A DNA stretch of 64,000 nt from Squalus acanthias. Its lineage: Eukaryota. The notes beneath the pieces are model-generated. The model was not told where the DNA came from, ran no database searches, and saw only the letters and a list, made by a program, of their open reading frames with translations. Below, one piece after another: positions 1 through 10,401 of the stretch. How positions within the stretch are numbered: position 1 is the first letter of the stretch; the number at the start of each line of letters is the position of its first letter. Position numbers and translations under genes: made by a program. The stretch is from contig CM059433.1 of the NCBI GenBank assembly GCA_030390025.1, positions 11,286,001 through 11,350,000 of the forward strand. Reading direction: 5' to 3'.

Positions 1-1030
1 TTCACAGTAAGATTGCTTAACATGTAGAATTAGACTTCTAGGTAAGATAATAGAGACCAAAGCCCTAGATCATTTTAAGAAGGGAGGATTGTAGGGTTTT
101 CTTTTCATGCTGGATGAGCTGATTGGCCTTCCTCATCCCTGTCTGTGATCTTGTGAAGTCTAGATAAATGATCGGCTGACTAAATACAGATTTCCAGTGC
201 ATCAAACAGATTCCTGTTCTAAACTATTGTAAAGATTCCTTGATTCATTTAACACTTAAAATACATTATCCTGACCTAAACATCAGATGTATCCTTATTA
301 TCCACTTTGAATATCCCAGAAAGACTTTCAATGAGTGAAAATTACATTGTAGAAGTTTAACCATTATAGTGAGAGATATTTTTAAATTCTGCGTTTTTTT
401 TTAGCAAATTAGATTAAATTACTGAGTGAATATTAAATATGTAAATATATGCAAATGTACGTTTTTTTCCACAATGTATTGAAACTTTGATATATGTAAT
501 ATTTCTTGTCAATCTAGTGCACAAAATGAACGCAACAAAAGGTCCTATTATAAGAAACAACAATTAGATGAACCATCAGTTAATCTGTTGGTATTTTTAC
601 TGCTGTTAGTTGAGAGAGGAATGTTGGTAAGAACTCCTCGATCTGCCTTGAACAGTTCCGTGAATCTTTCACATTCACCTAAACAGGCAGAGATCACCTC
701 GGCTGAACGTTTCACCTGAAAGTCAGTACACAACTAGTAAAGCTGGAAAATAAATAATTGAAGGGTGTTTGTTTACCATTCGCTGCAAGTTTCCGATCTA
801 AATGATCAGGGCTTATTCGCCAACCAGACACTCCCGGCCAGGAGCAACGGACACAGGGATCACTGCACGGGAACTCGTGGGCCTGCAGTTCCTGATTAAC
901 TGGAAATCAGGCATAGCAGGCTTGCGATTTACCAACTTGCACTCCCTGCGAGTGCTACTTCTTGCTGGGAGCATCCAATCGGGGAATCAGCTTTATGAAG
1001 CTGTTGTCAACAATGCTGATCGTATGCCCC

Positions 1031-1684
1031 TTTTTTTTTTATTCGTTCATGGGATGTGGGCGTCGCTGGAAAGGCCAGCATTTCTTGCCCATCCCTAGTT
1101 GCCCCTTGAGAAGGTGGTGGTGAGCCGCCTTCTTGAACCACTGCAGTCCATGCGGTGAAGGTACTCCTGCAGTGCTGTTAGGCAGGGAGTTCCAGGATTT
1201 TGACCCAGCGACGATGAAGGATCGGCGATATACTTCCAAGTCAGGATGGTGTGTGACTTGGAGGGGATCGTGGCGATGGTGGTGTTCCCATGCGCCTGCT
1301 GCCCTTGTCCTTCTAGATGGTAGAGGTCGCGGGTTTGGGAGGTACTGTTGAAGAAGCTTTGGCAAGTTGCTGCAGTGCATCTTGTAGATGGTACACACTG
1401 CAGCCACGGTGCGCCGGTGGTGGAGTGAGTGAATGTTTAAGGTGGTGGATGGGGTGCCAATCAAGCGAGCTGTTTTGTCCTGGATGGTGTCGAGCTTCTT
1501 GAGTGTTGTTGGAGCTGCACTCATCCAGGCAAGTGGAGAGTATTCCATCACACTCCTGACTTGTGCCTTGTAGATGGTGGAAGGGCTTTGGGGAGTCAGG
1601 AGGTGAGACACTCGCCGCAGAATACCTAGCCTCTGACCTGCTCTTGTAGCCACAGTATTGATGTGGCTGGTCCAGTTAAGTTTT
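1031..1684 (-). mobile_element. 5'-truncated CR1-group (Zenon-like) LINE 3' end with poly(A)
   Basis: ORF 1039..1653 encodes an RT C-terminus (ATRAGQRLGILRRVSHLLTPQS...YKAQVRSVMEYSPLAW...KAAHHHLLKG). The 3' UTR GGGATGGGCAA...CATCCCATGAACGAAT is followed by A10 (poly-T at 1031-1040). Highly similar copies occur elsewhere in the window. Clade name is by recognition only. Confidence 0.88.
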
Positions 1685-2020
1685 TAAAAGGGTGCAACTA
1701 ATAAAAACTTAACCGTAAAGGAAAAAGGAAACATCAAACTAAATAATAACAAGGTTCTGGACATCCACAACACACTCCAGTCCCAGCGGTGCCCACCGGT
1801 CGCGGAAGGTCTCAGGTGTCCCGGCGGACACTGCGTGCTCCTTTCACATGGCCGCCCGTGAAAGAGAGCCAGAGTGACCATCCCCACTTGCACGCATCCG
1901 ATCTGAACCTGTAGGTGGCCAACTTGGCCAGACCCAGGAGCAGACCCACGAGGAGGTCCTCCAAATTGCCCGGCCCCCTCCGCAGCGGGCGACCAAAGAT
2001 CAGGAGCAAGCGACTGAAGC
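1685..2020 (-). mobile_element. Tx1-like (L1 clade) ORF2 C-terminal remnant plus T-rich 3' UTR
   Basis: Minus strand reads FSRLLLIFGRPLRRGPGNLEDLLVGLLLGLAKLATYR, then after a frameshift/deletion EHAVSAGTPETFRDRWAPLGLECVVDVQNLVII*. These are motifs typical of fish/shark Tx1 ORF2 ends. Confidence 0.75.
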
Positions 2021-2022
2021 GG

Positions 2023-2132
2023 AAAATCCTACAGCACTTGGTATTCCCATCCAGGCACTAACCAAGTCTAACTCTGCTTAGCATCAGGAGATCAAACGGG
2101 AGCAGGCGCGATCAGGCGCTGTGGATCTCGGC
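2023..2132 (-). pseudogene. 5S rRNA-derived sequence (pseudogene or SINE3-type head)
   Basis: Reverse complement ...CCTGATCGCGCCTGCTCCCGTTTGATCTCCTGATGCTAAGCAGAGTTAGACTTGGTTAGTGCCTGGATGGGAATACCAAGTGCTGTAGGATTTT is colinear with vertebrate 5S rRNA. It has many substitutions and a ~12-nt deletion between the two TGGGA direct repeats. Confidence 0.85.
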
Positions 2133-2239
2133 ATGCTGAGTGTCTGATTGTTGTTTCAAACAAGTCATTATAGAGGATTAGCGAGGCCACCTTCGAGCAT
2201 TGCAAACACTTTTTATCTTCCTGCTTTCAAAACAACACT

Positions 2240-2918
2240 ACCCACCAGGTACATGGTACATACTCATGTGACTCGGCCAACGTTGTCTACCTGATACGTT
2301 GCAGTAAAGGATGCCCCAGAGCATGGTACATCGGCGAGACCATGCAGACACTGAGACAACGTATGAACGGACACCGCGCAACAATCGCCAGGCAGGATTG
2401 TTGCCTCCCAGTCGGGGAACACTTCAGCAGTCAAGGGCATTCAGCCTTGGATCTGCGGGTTAGCGTTCTCCAAGGCGGCCTTCGAGATACACGAAAATGC
2501 AAAATCATCGAGCAGAAACTGATAGCCAAGTTCCGCACTCATGAGGACGGCCTCAATAGGGATATCGGGTTCATGTCACGCTACAGAACGTGACTTGATA
2601 TCGTTGTCTGTCTTTCCAGTTTTTAAAAAAAACAAACACAAAAAACAAACCCAAATGGAGAGGATATGCAGACAGCAGGTTTTGACACGTTGGACCCCCT
2701 GGGACACATCTCATTGTCTTGGCTGTGCTCTTAGTGTGTCTTTGATGTAAGGAAAGATTGTATCTCTGCATTTTCTCTGTGTTTATATTCTGTGAATTTT
2801 TGTAGATTCACTCACAGTAACTTTACCTGAAGAAGGGGCGATCGATAGCTCCGAAAGCTTGTAATTTTAAATAAATCTGTTGGACTATAACCTGGTGTTG
2901 TGCGACTTCTCATTTTTG
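2240..2918 (+). mobile_element. Penelope-like element 3' fragment: GIY-YIG endonuclease, 3' UTR and hammerhead
   Basis: Translation SCDSANVVYLIRCSKGCPRAWYIGETMQTLRQRMNGHR...VGEHFSSQGHS...EQKLIAKFRTHEDGLN (VVY...YIG, R-x-x-x-H, E and GLN motifs), stop at 2593. The terminus at 2823-2918 recurs at 53507-53596. Confidence 0.9.
2823..2864 (+). ncRNA. Minimal type-I hammerhead ribozyme motif
   Basis: TTAC-CTGAAGA-A-GGGGC(GATCGATA)GCTCC-GAA-AGCT-T-GTAA: stem I TTAC/GTAA, CUGANGA and GAAA core, 5-bp stem II, palindromic stem III AAGCTT. Confidence 0.75.
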
Positions 2919-3080
2919 CTTTCAAAAGGACCTTGATATGCTGGAGACAGTTCAGGGTAAAAATATCAAGGATAATTCCAGGGCTCAGGGCTCTAAGTTA
3001 TCAGACACTCATAGAACGGAGTTTGGTTTTCACTGGAGAAAAGAAGATTCAATGGAGGCGAGAGTATCAACCTTCTGAGT

Positions 3081-3201
3081 ATATGCTGGTGGTGAGGAAT
3101 CCCTCCCGCGGCCAGCACATGTCGGAAAAGTGCAGGCAATGAACGGCTGTGATTTTCCCTTATGTGCTGGCAGCAGGGGAGGTTTCTCACCACCAGCACA
3201 T
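3081..3201. repeat. Imperfect fold-back (hairpin MITE-like) element
   Basis: ATATGCTGGTGGTGAGGAATCCCTCCCGCGGCCAGCACAT pairs with ATGTGCTGGCAGCAGGGGAGGTTTCTCACCACCAGCACAT. The ORF track shows mirrored peptides (MLVVRNP/MLVVRNL) on the two strands. Confidence 0.75.
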
Positions 3202-3344
3202 GCTTGGCAAATGACCTCCATCATCCAGGTTTTCAAAGTACCGAGAGGAATTGAAAATATAAGCGCAAGCAATTTATTTAACTTCAGTTGAGAATAGAAT
3301 TAGACATTACATGCAGAAAATTAACAAGCCTGAAGCAAGACTTG

Positions 3345-3462
3345 AGACAGGAAAGACAGACAGACAGAAAGACAGACAGAAAGCAAGAAAGCCAGCCAGA
3401 CAGACAGACAGAAAGCAAGAAGACAGCCAGACAGACAGCCAGACAGACAGACAGCCAGAAAG
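3345..3462. repeat. (CAGA)n-derived imperfect microsatellite
   Basis: Runs of AGAC/AGCC/AGAA tetramers. Confidence 0.9.
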
Positions 3463-4189
3463 ATTACTTCACTTTATATCCAATGAAGTAATTTTGAAGT
3501 GCAGTTACTGTTGTGATGCAGGGAAATTAACCCCTCCCTCCCCCATGCCCCCACGACCCACCAATGCTGTAGTGGATATATAAGGGTTAATTTTCCGAGA
3601 CCCTGTGCCACAGACGGGTCGTTGCATGCAGCGGGCATCTTATTGGAAAACTGCAGGTCACTGGCCACTGCTTTCTGTCCGTGCACCACGACTCTCCAAT
3701 AAGCTGCTCGCTGTGTGCGCGAGGCCCTTCTGGAGATACAGGGTTTTGGGAAATGTGCAGAACAAACTCCCATACATCGCAGACTCTCAGGTGAAATAGC
3801 TGGGAGTGAGAGAAAAAAAAACACAGCTGCCCATTTGTATGAATGTGAAAATCATCCTGACTTTGTAGCTCAGTATAAAAGTGACACAAGAAAGTGCAGC
3901 ATAGAGAAATGATGTAAGATGCAGTTATGTAGACCAATTGTGTCATTATCAAAAGAAAATGGACTAAAGCTTGAGCAAAAGACACACCAGAATAAATGCA
4001 CCCAGATCAGAAAGAACCAAGCTGCCACTATAAATCCACGCAGCAATAGAGTCAATTCATTTAAAGCCACTTTGAACATGTCACGTAGAGCACAGAGCAA
4101 TAGCCTGCAGTTCTTACGCTTTCTGTAATGTATATTTAAATTGCATGCAACCATGAGATGGATTAAGATCTTATTAGAAGAATGAGAGA

Positions 4190-4568
4190 ATATCTCACTG
4201 AAACATATAAGATTCTGAGAGGGCTTGACAGGGTAGATGCTGGGAGACTAGAACTAGGGGGCATAGTCTCAGGATAGGGGGTAGGCCATTTAGGACTGAG
4301 ATGGGGAGGAATTTCTTCACTCAGAGGGTGATGAATCTTTGGAATTCTCTGCCCCAGAGGGCTGTGGGTACTGAGTCATTGAGTATATTCAAGGCTGAGA
4401 TAGATTTTTGGACTCTAGGGGAATCGAGGGATATGGAGATCGGGCGGGAAAGTGGAGTTGAGGTCGATGATCAGCCATGATCTTATTGAATGGCAGAGCA
4501 GGCTCGAGGGGCTGTATGGCCGACTCCTGCTCTTTCTCCTAATTTGTACATTCTTACGTTCTTATGTT
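4190..4568 (+). mobile_element. CR1 (HER1-like) LINE 3' fragment
   Basis: ETYKILRGLDRVDA...GHSLRI...RRNFFTQRVMNLWNSLPQRAV-type end and tail CCTGCT...TTCTTATGTT. Confidence 0.85.
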
Positions 4569-4879
4569 AGTGTCTAGATATGGATTTTGGTATTTCTAAT
4601 CATCGAATAGAAGTAATTTCAGCTAAAAATTAATGCTGTGGAATAGTGTTAATTTTTAAAAGCAGTTTTCATTTGGTTAAAATTAACTAAAATGATCTAA
4701 TACCATCTCTTTAAATGTTCCTTTTCACCAGTCCACATGTGTAAGTGGAGTAACATTTTCTCCGGATCAGTATCCAAATCAGCTGGTGGATTATCCGGAA
4801 GGGTCATCTGTAAACTATAACAGGTAAAAACTGCGCTGGGATGGAACTTGTAGCCACTGCTCTGACCTGAAAGAAAGAA

Positions 4880-5216
4880 GTTGCAAGGCTTCTTCGGCAG
4901 CACCTCCCAAACCCGCGACCTCTACCACCTAGAAGGACAAGGGCAGCAGGCGCATGGGAACACCACCACCTCCAAGTTCCCCTCCAAGTCACACACCATG
5001 CTGACTTGGAAATATATTGGCCGTTCCTTCATCGGCGCTGGGTCAAAATCCTGGAACTCTCTCCCTAATAGCACTGTGGGAGTACATTCACCACACGGAC
5101 TGCAGCGGTTCAAGGCGGCGGCTCCCCACCACCTTCTCAAGGGCAATTAGGGATGGGCAATAAATGCTGGCCTCGACAGCGACGCCCACATCCCATGAAC
5201 GAATAAAAAAAAAAAT
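4880..5216 (+). mobile_element. CR1-group (Zenon-like) LINE 3' fragment with poly(A)
   Basis: Same family as 1031-1684; ends CATCCCATGAACGAAT-A12. Confidence 0.88.
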
Positions 5217-5714
5217 TATACAGCTCCTTTCATGACCTCAGGACGTCCCAAAGCATTTTGCTGCCAATGATGTACTTCTGAAGTGTAGTCACCAATGTTC
5301 CTTCTTACCTTTTTTTCGGTGCATGGGGCCTTTAACTGGCTGCGCGGCCCATTCAAATTTTCGCACGTGCGCGGTTCCTCCCATATAATAGCCGATGAGT
5401 GGCCTGTGTGGGACCTTCAGACCGTGGCCGCGCGGCTTAACGGGAACGTTGGTAGTTACCGTTATAATGTAGGGAAACGCGGCAACCAATTTGTGCACAG
5501 CAAGCTCCCACAAACAGCAATGTGATAAATGATCAGATTTTTTAGTGATGCTAGTTGAGAGATAAATATTGGCCGGGACACCCCTGCTCTTCTTTGAGGT
5601 AGTGCCATAGGATCGTTTATGTCCATCTGAGAGGGCAGAAGGGGCCTCGGTTTAACACCTCATCCGAAAGTTGGCACCTCCGACAGTGCAGCACTCCCTC
5701 AGCACTGCACTGAA
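5217..5714 (-). mobile_element. SacSINE1-like Deu-domain SINE lacking the head, interrupted by a ~160-bp MITE-like fragment (~5297-5455)
   Basis: Reverse complement of the SINE body seen at 6508-7290 and 31525-32002. Confidence 0.8.
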
Positions 5715-5849
5715 AAGTGAAAGTGTCAAGTAATAAGCAGTGAAATAAAACTCAAAATTGGACCCAATATCACTTATGTTCAAGCTACACGATTAAAAAA
5801 AAAAGGGTAAATCTCTTTATTTCCTCTTTCCCCCCCAGTCTTTCCTGAC

Positions 5850-6175
5850 TCATGCTGGGGGTACAGTTCTATGACCACTCATATCCCTTCGGTACCTCAG
5901 CCAAGGTCTCCATGTGTCATCTTAGAGAGTGAATGTTGGGAGGCTATTCAACTGTGAATAGTATTAAAGCCAAGCCCAATATTGCTCTCAGCTGCTGTCC
6001 ATACACGTCCATTTTCCAGCAGGGGTCATTCAATAGAAATCAGGAGCATGAATTCTGGCTGATCTCACCTCTCCACAGCCCAGGAAATTGTAGTGGCACA
6101 ATTGTTACCCCAGCTGAGATTAGCAAACTCAGCATAGACTAGGAATCAAATCTGGCACTTTCTGGTCTGTATGCC
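5850..6175 (-). mobile_element. Old SINE-like repeat of an unnamed family (other copies ~50700-50845 +, ~52320-52600 +, ~52880-53197 -)
   Basis: Shared blocks such as TTTCCAGCAGGGGTCA...ATCAGGAGCA...GGCTGAT and (+) GCTACAATTGGCCTCAG...CCCTGCTGGAA across four degenerate copies. Confidence 0.55.
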
Positions 6176-6507
6176 TTAATACAACAAGAAGCGTGACAGT
6201 AGGTAATTTTACATTTGCATAGATTCTGAAGAATACCACTCTAAAGATGCATCAAAGAAGTAATACATATTGTGCAATAACACAATAGGAAATAATACAA
6301 CAGCTTTACTGGTGTTAATACAGTCCCCGCCACTTATAGCGGGCACGATCGTGTGAATGCGATTTGCCCGCTATACATGATGGCCGGTATAACCTGGTAA
6401 CATTAATAAAATTAAAAATCATTACTGTTAGTTGCCCTTCAGTGGCCTTGAACAGAATTTGTATATGCAAAATGGCAATTTGTTTGAAAATATTTATATT
6501 CCATTAA

Positions 6508-7290
6508 GTGTCAACTGTGGCTCAGTTGGTAGCACACTCGCCTCTGAGTCAGAAGGTTGTGGGTTCAAGTCCCACTCCAGGGACTTGAGCACATAAAGCT
6601 AGGCTGACACTCCAGTGCAGTGCTGAGGGAGCGCTGCACTGTCGGAGGTGCCGTCTTTCGGATGAGACGTTAAACCGTGGGCTACACGGTGGCATAGTGG
6701 TTAGCACTGTTGCCTCACAGCGCCAGGGACCTGGGTTCAAATCTGGCCTCGGGTGACTGTGCAAACTCCACACAGACATTCTCCCCGTGTCTGCGTGGGT
6801 TGCCTCCGGGTGCTCTGGTTTCCTCCCACAGTCCAAAGATGTGCGGGTTAGGTTGATTTGGCTATGATAAATTGACACTTAGTGTTAGGGGGGGGATTAA
6901 ATACGTGGGGTTACGGGGATAGCGTGGGATATGTGTCGGTGCAGGCTCGATGGGCCGAAATGGCCTCTATCTGCACTGTGGGGATTCTGTGATTCTGTGA
7001 AACCGAGGCCCCATCTGCTCTCTCAGGTGGACATAAAAGATCCCATGGCACTATTTCGAAGAAGAGCAGGGGAGTTATTACCTGGTGTTCTGACCAATAG
7101 TTATCCCTCAATCAACATCACAAAAACAGATTATCTGGTCATTATCACATTGCTGTTTGTGGGAGCTTGCTGTGCGCAAATTGGCTGCCGTGTTTTCCAC
7201 ATTACGACAGTGACTACTTCATTGGCTGTAAAGCACTTTGAGACATCCGGTGGTCGTGAAAGACGCTATATAAATGTAAGACTTTCTTTA
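6508..7290 (+). mobile_element. SacSINE1-like tRNA/Deu-domain SINE with nested HE1 insertion
   Basis: Head GTGGCTCAGTTGGTAGC (A box) and GGTTCAAGTCCC (B box). Deu-like body AAAAGATCCCATGGCACTATTTCGAAGAAGAGCAGGGGAGTT. L2-like tail GTGAAAGACGCTATATAAATG. Confidence 0.88.
6678..6999 (+). mobile_element. HE1-like V-SINE, full length, 6-bp target duplication AAACCG
   Basis: tRNA head GGTGGCATAGTGGTTAGCACTG...GGGTTCAAATC. V-domain TCTGCGTGGGTTGCCTCCGGGTGCTCTGGTTTCCTCCCACAGTCCAAAGA. CR1-type tail GATGGGCCGAA...GATTCTGTGATTCTGTG. AAACCG lies at 6672-6677 and 7000-7005. Confidence 0.9.
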
Positions 7291-8669
7291 AGTATTTTAC
7301 CTCACCAACCAAATTTCTGTCAAATCCCAAATCAGTTTGCATCATTGCTCAGTATCAGTGGAAAGAAAAATAAAGAAGCAGAACCAACAGAGATTCAGAA
7401 AAAAAATTCATGTACCACACAGTACTCATTGGGTGACGGGGAGTTAGTGGCTGTGACCTAGTTTGAAGGTTCAGGCACTAACCGACAGCAATCAATGGAG
7501 TTGCTGTCTTGTAATTCACTTCCTCCAACCTACTATCTCCTGCGTAGTGGATGTGGCTTTGGAACGTTTTTCTGTGATACTAAATCTGCATTTTAAATTG
7601 TAGAAGAAATAGATGTCTAAGGGAAGTGAAGTCTGCGAACTGGCGAGTAAACACAGCTGTTTCGACCCAAAAATAAACAGAGCACGTCAGACACTATCTT
7701 TGAAATTGACGTTAATGCAAATGGGTAATGATTATGGCTTTCTGGCCGATATAAGCGACGGCCCATTTTAAACGTGGACGTTTTAAGTGGCAGGACGGTA
7801 GTTTTAATTGGGAAGCTGTGACCAGCAGCACCTCACAGAAATTAGTCTTGAAACTCTTCCCATTCAATTATTTATGACTTACCTTGACGATGGTATTTTA
7901 AGTGGAACATCTCAGCTTAGGAAGCAATGTGGAAAGTAGCATATCCTGAGGAGGGGGTATATCATTCAAAGATCATGATCCTCCAAGAGCACTGGACCTT
8001 CAGCAGGAGAATTGAGGCTAATTTGCAGCATCTGCCACCTCCATCTCCTGTGTGTGGCACAGAGGTGCTATCCTGTATCCTGCACAGAACTGGGACACTG
8101 GCCAGAACCAGGCATGTGTGGAGATCCGAATGCAACTTAACCTCCTTGAGCTAATAGGTGTATTTTTACACAGCCGCACTGCCAGCAAGAAGCCTCACTG
8201 TTGGCAGCGCACAATGGAATTCGGAAAATCGTGGGCACCGCACATCCGAGTTGTCAGCATGAGTTGCCATCGGGTGAGGCTCACCATGGGCAGCAGAGGC
8301 TTGTTCCAAACCACAGAAACTCTCTGCTAGCAGCAATACCTGCTTCTTCCAGCATAAGGAAATCACTTAAGAGGAGAACACAAGGTAGACCACAGTACTT
8401 CTACGTGCACTTCAAGAAGAAGGTGAAGAGGCACATCATGATAAACAACTGAAATACTGGTCAGGCCAAGGCACAAATAGGGTTGATCGCCAGTCAAGGG
8501 ACTAGTAAAAGGGAGGTGAGATGGCATCATTTTGCGCCATAGATTCTGCCCTTTTTTTTTTAGCTCCAACCTTTTTCTGGTAGACGGGACCAGGGGCAGA
8601 TCTTCTACCATGTCAAGAGGACATATCAGGTGGTGTTCCCAGGCAACCCTAGGAATTCTGCTCTTTACA

Positions 8670-8810
8670 CCAACAATTTGTATTTATATAGCACCTTTAA
8701 CATAGAAAAAGATCCCAAACAACTTCACAGAGGTGTAATCAATTAGCGGGCACCGAACCAAAGGAGGAGATATTAGGAGGGGTGATCAAAAGCTTGTTCA
8801 AAGAGGTGGG
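8670..8810 (-). mobile_element. L2 LINE 3' tail fragment
   Basis: Reverse complement of the tail at 42340-42470 (TTGTATTTATATAGCACCTTTAAC...CAAAAGCTTG). Confidence 0.7.
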
Positions 8811-8850
8811 GCAAAGCAGGTCTCCATGCCACTCACATTTCTTTAACAAT

Positions 8851-9608
8851 AGGCCAGAAATTTGGCCCTCCACGGGTGAGTACGCGCTGTGTACTCACCT
8901 GTAGACCTAACAAAAGTGCCGGTTTCACACATGCACTGCGCATGCGGTGGAAACCGGAACTTCCGTTCCCCTGAAGGGAGGGGTTCAGAGGTCGAACGCG
9001 TGCACGGTAGAGGCAGCGCGCACGCAGCGAACTTTGTTTTTTTTTTCAGGTTTCTCCGGGAAGGTAAGTATGAAGAAGCTGCACTTTTAAAAAGGAGGCG
9101 CAAGGCCTGTTTTTAACAAGGTAAGTGATTAATTAATTACAATTTAAAAATTTTTTCAACAGGTTTATCTTTTTTACATACTTTAAAGAAAGGTAAGTTT
9201 ATTTTTAGCACCGTTAAAAAGTATAATTAATTTTTTCAAAAACTAACTACTGAAAACAAAAATTTAAATAACTTATAGTTATTTTAAAAATGTGATTTAA
9301 AAAAAAAAATTATTTGAAGTTTAAGTATGGTTTTGGGGCCGATCTCTATTCATAGATTTGACAGGTCTTCCTGTCAAATCTATGAATGAAAATGCCCTGC
9401 TAGGATTGGCTCTCCATGGCCCACGTGATCCCAGGGGACGCTTCGAACTAACTGCGCCCCTGGGACACGCAAGCACTGCGCGCCGGCAGCTGGAGGAGGC
9501 CCAGGACCCGATTCCCTCGTGGGCCTAGAGCACAACGGCAGGCGCGGTAGGTAAGTACACGCGCGATGCTTGCACCCACAGGAAGCCGGAGAGCCGAATT
9601 TCTGGCCC
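8851..9608 (+). mobile_element. Non-autonomous TIR element (Harbinger-type MITE, family A)
   Basis: TIR GGCCAGAAATT...AATTTCTGGCC, GC-rich arms, AT-rich centre. Closely similar to 58380-59140 and 21757-22511. Confidence 0.85.
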
Positions 9609-10050
9609 GATATCTTCACTCCCCACGAAGGAAAAGGTGGTATACAACCACCGACAGTGAACTCCAACTAGGGGAGGAACACCGAGGCTGAAAACTCAAT
9701 CTTTACAAACAGGAAGCTCTGCAAATAATAGGAAAACAAACAGGAGGACACGGCAAGGTTGGAGGGGAGATGGCACCAAAAGTTTGGTAAAGGCAGGGCA
9801 AGACTCCTTATAAAGCACACAAAGCTGACACTATTTATAAGTATTACCATGCCCTTATACTCACCCACTATATCTTTAAGCTTTTCTGCGCTTTACGTCA
9901 TTGGGGGTGCTGTGGAAGAAGACGCTGGCAATGATGATAACCACGCAGACACTTAGAGGCACAGCCCACTGCCATTTCTACATCTTCAGTTCCTGCCACT
10001 TCATCACCATCTCTGTCATGGCGTCTTACCTGTGCAAGCACCAGACTAAA

Positions 10051-10401
10051 GTGGGGGGGGGACGCACCATGGCCCTGCTGGACCACCAGGGAGTGGGGTG
10101 TCGGGAAAACAGCCCAGCGCTCAAGAGGAGTGCCAGGCTGACCGATCGCGGCCGACACCCCGCATGAAGAAGCGGAAGGGGGCAGATGTTGGCAGGAGGC
10201 CCTAAAAAAAATGGCCGCATGGCACCTGCCCTTTAATTTGCGCCGCCGCGGCCGCAAAAACACCACCTGGCCCTGTCGGACGTATCGCTGAATTTCGCGG
10301 GAGGCGTTAGCGACGCCGTGCCCAGGCGCTAGGGGCTTTGCGGCCCGTTAACGCCCCCGGGGGGGCTAACGGGAGGCGCAAAGCAACCCAATTTTTCTCC
10401 C
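10051..10401 (-). mobile_element. Truncated CpG-rich MITE (family B)
   Basis: Reverse-complement similarity to 20669-21130; retains one TIR (AATTTTTCTCCC). Confidence 0.75.

Noticed and set aside
2023..2132. Functional 5S rRNA gene
   Set aside because: Many substitutions, a ~12-nt deletion in the box C/helix region, single copy, and fused to retroelement sequence.
3288..3583. Low-complexity ORFs (RQTDRK...)
   Set aside because: Open only because they cross the (CAGA)n microsatellite.
6508..6580. tRNA genes at SINE heads (also 6680, 15240-15330, 19900, 31530, 60780)
   Set aside because: A/B boxes continue directly into SINE or LINE bodies; these are tRNA-derived promoters, not tRNA genes.
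7930..8460. Overlapping ORFs as a gene or transposase
   Set aside because: No convincing motif in any frame; probably a highly decayed DNA-transposon interior that I cannot assign.
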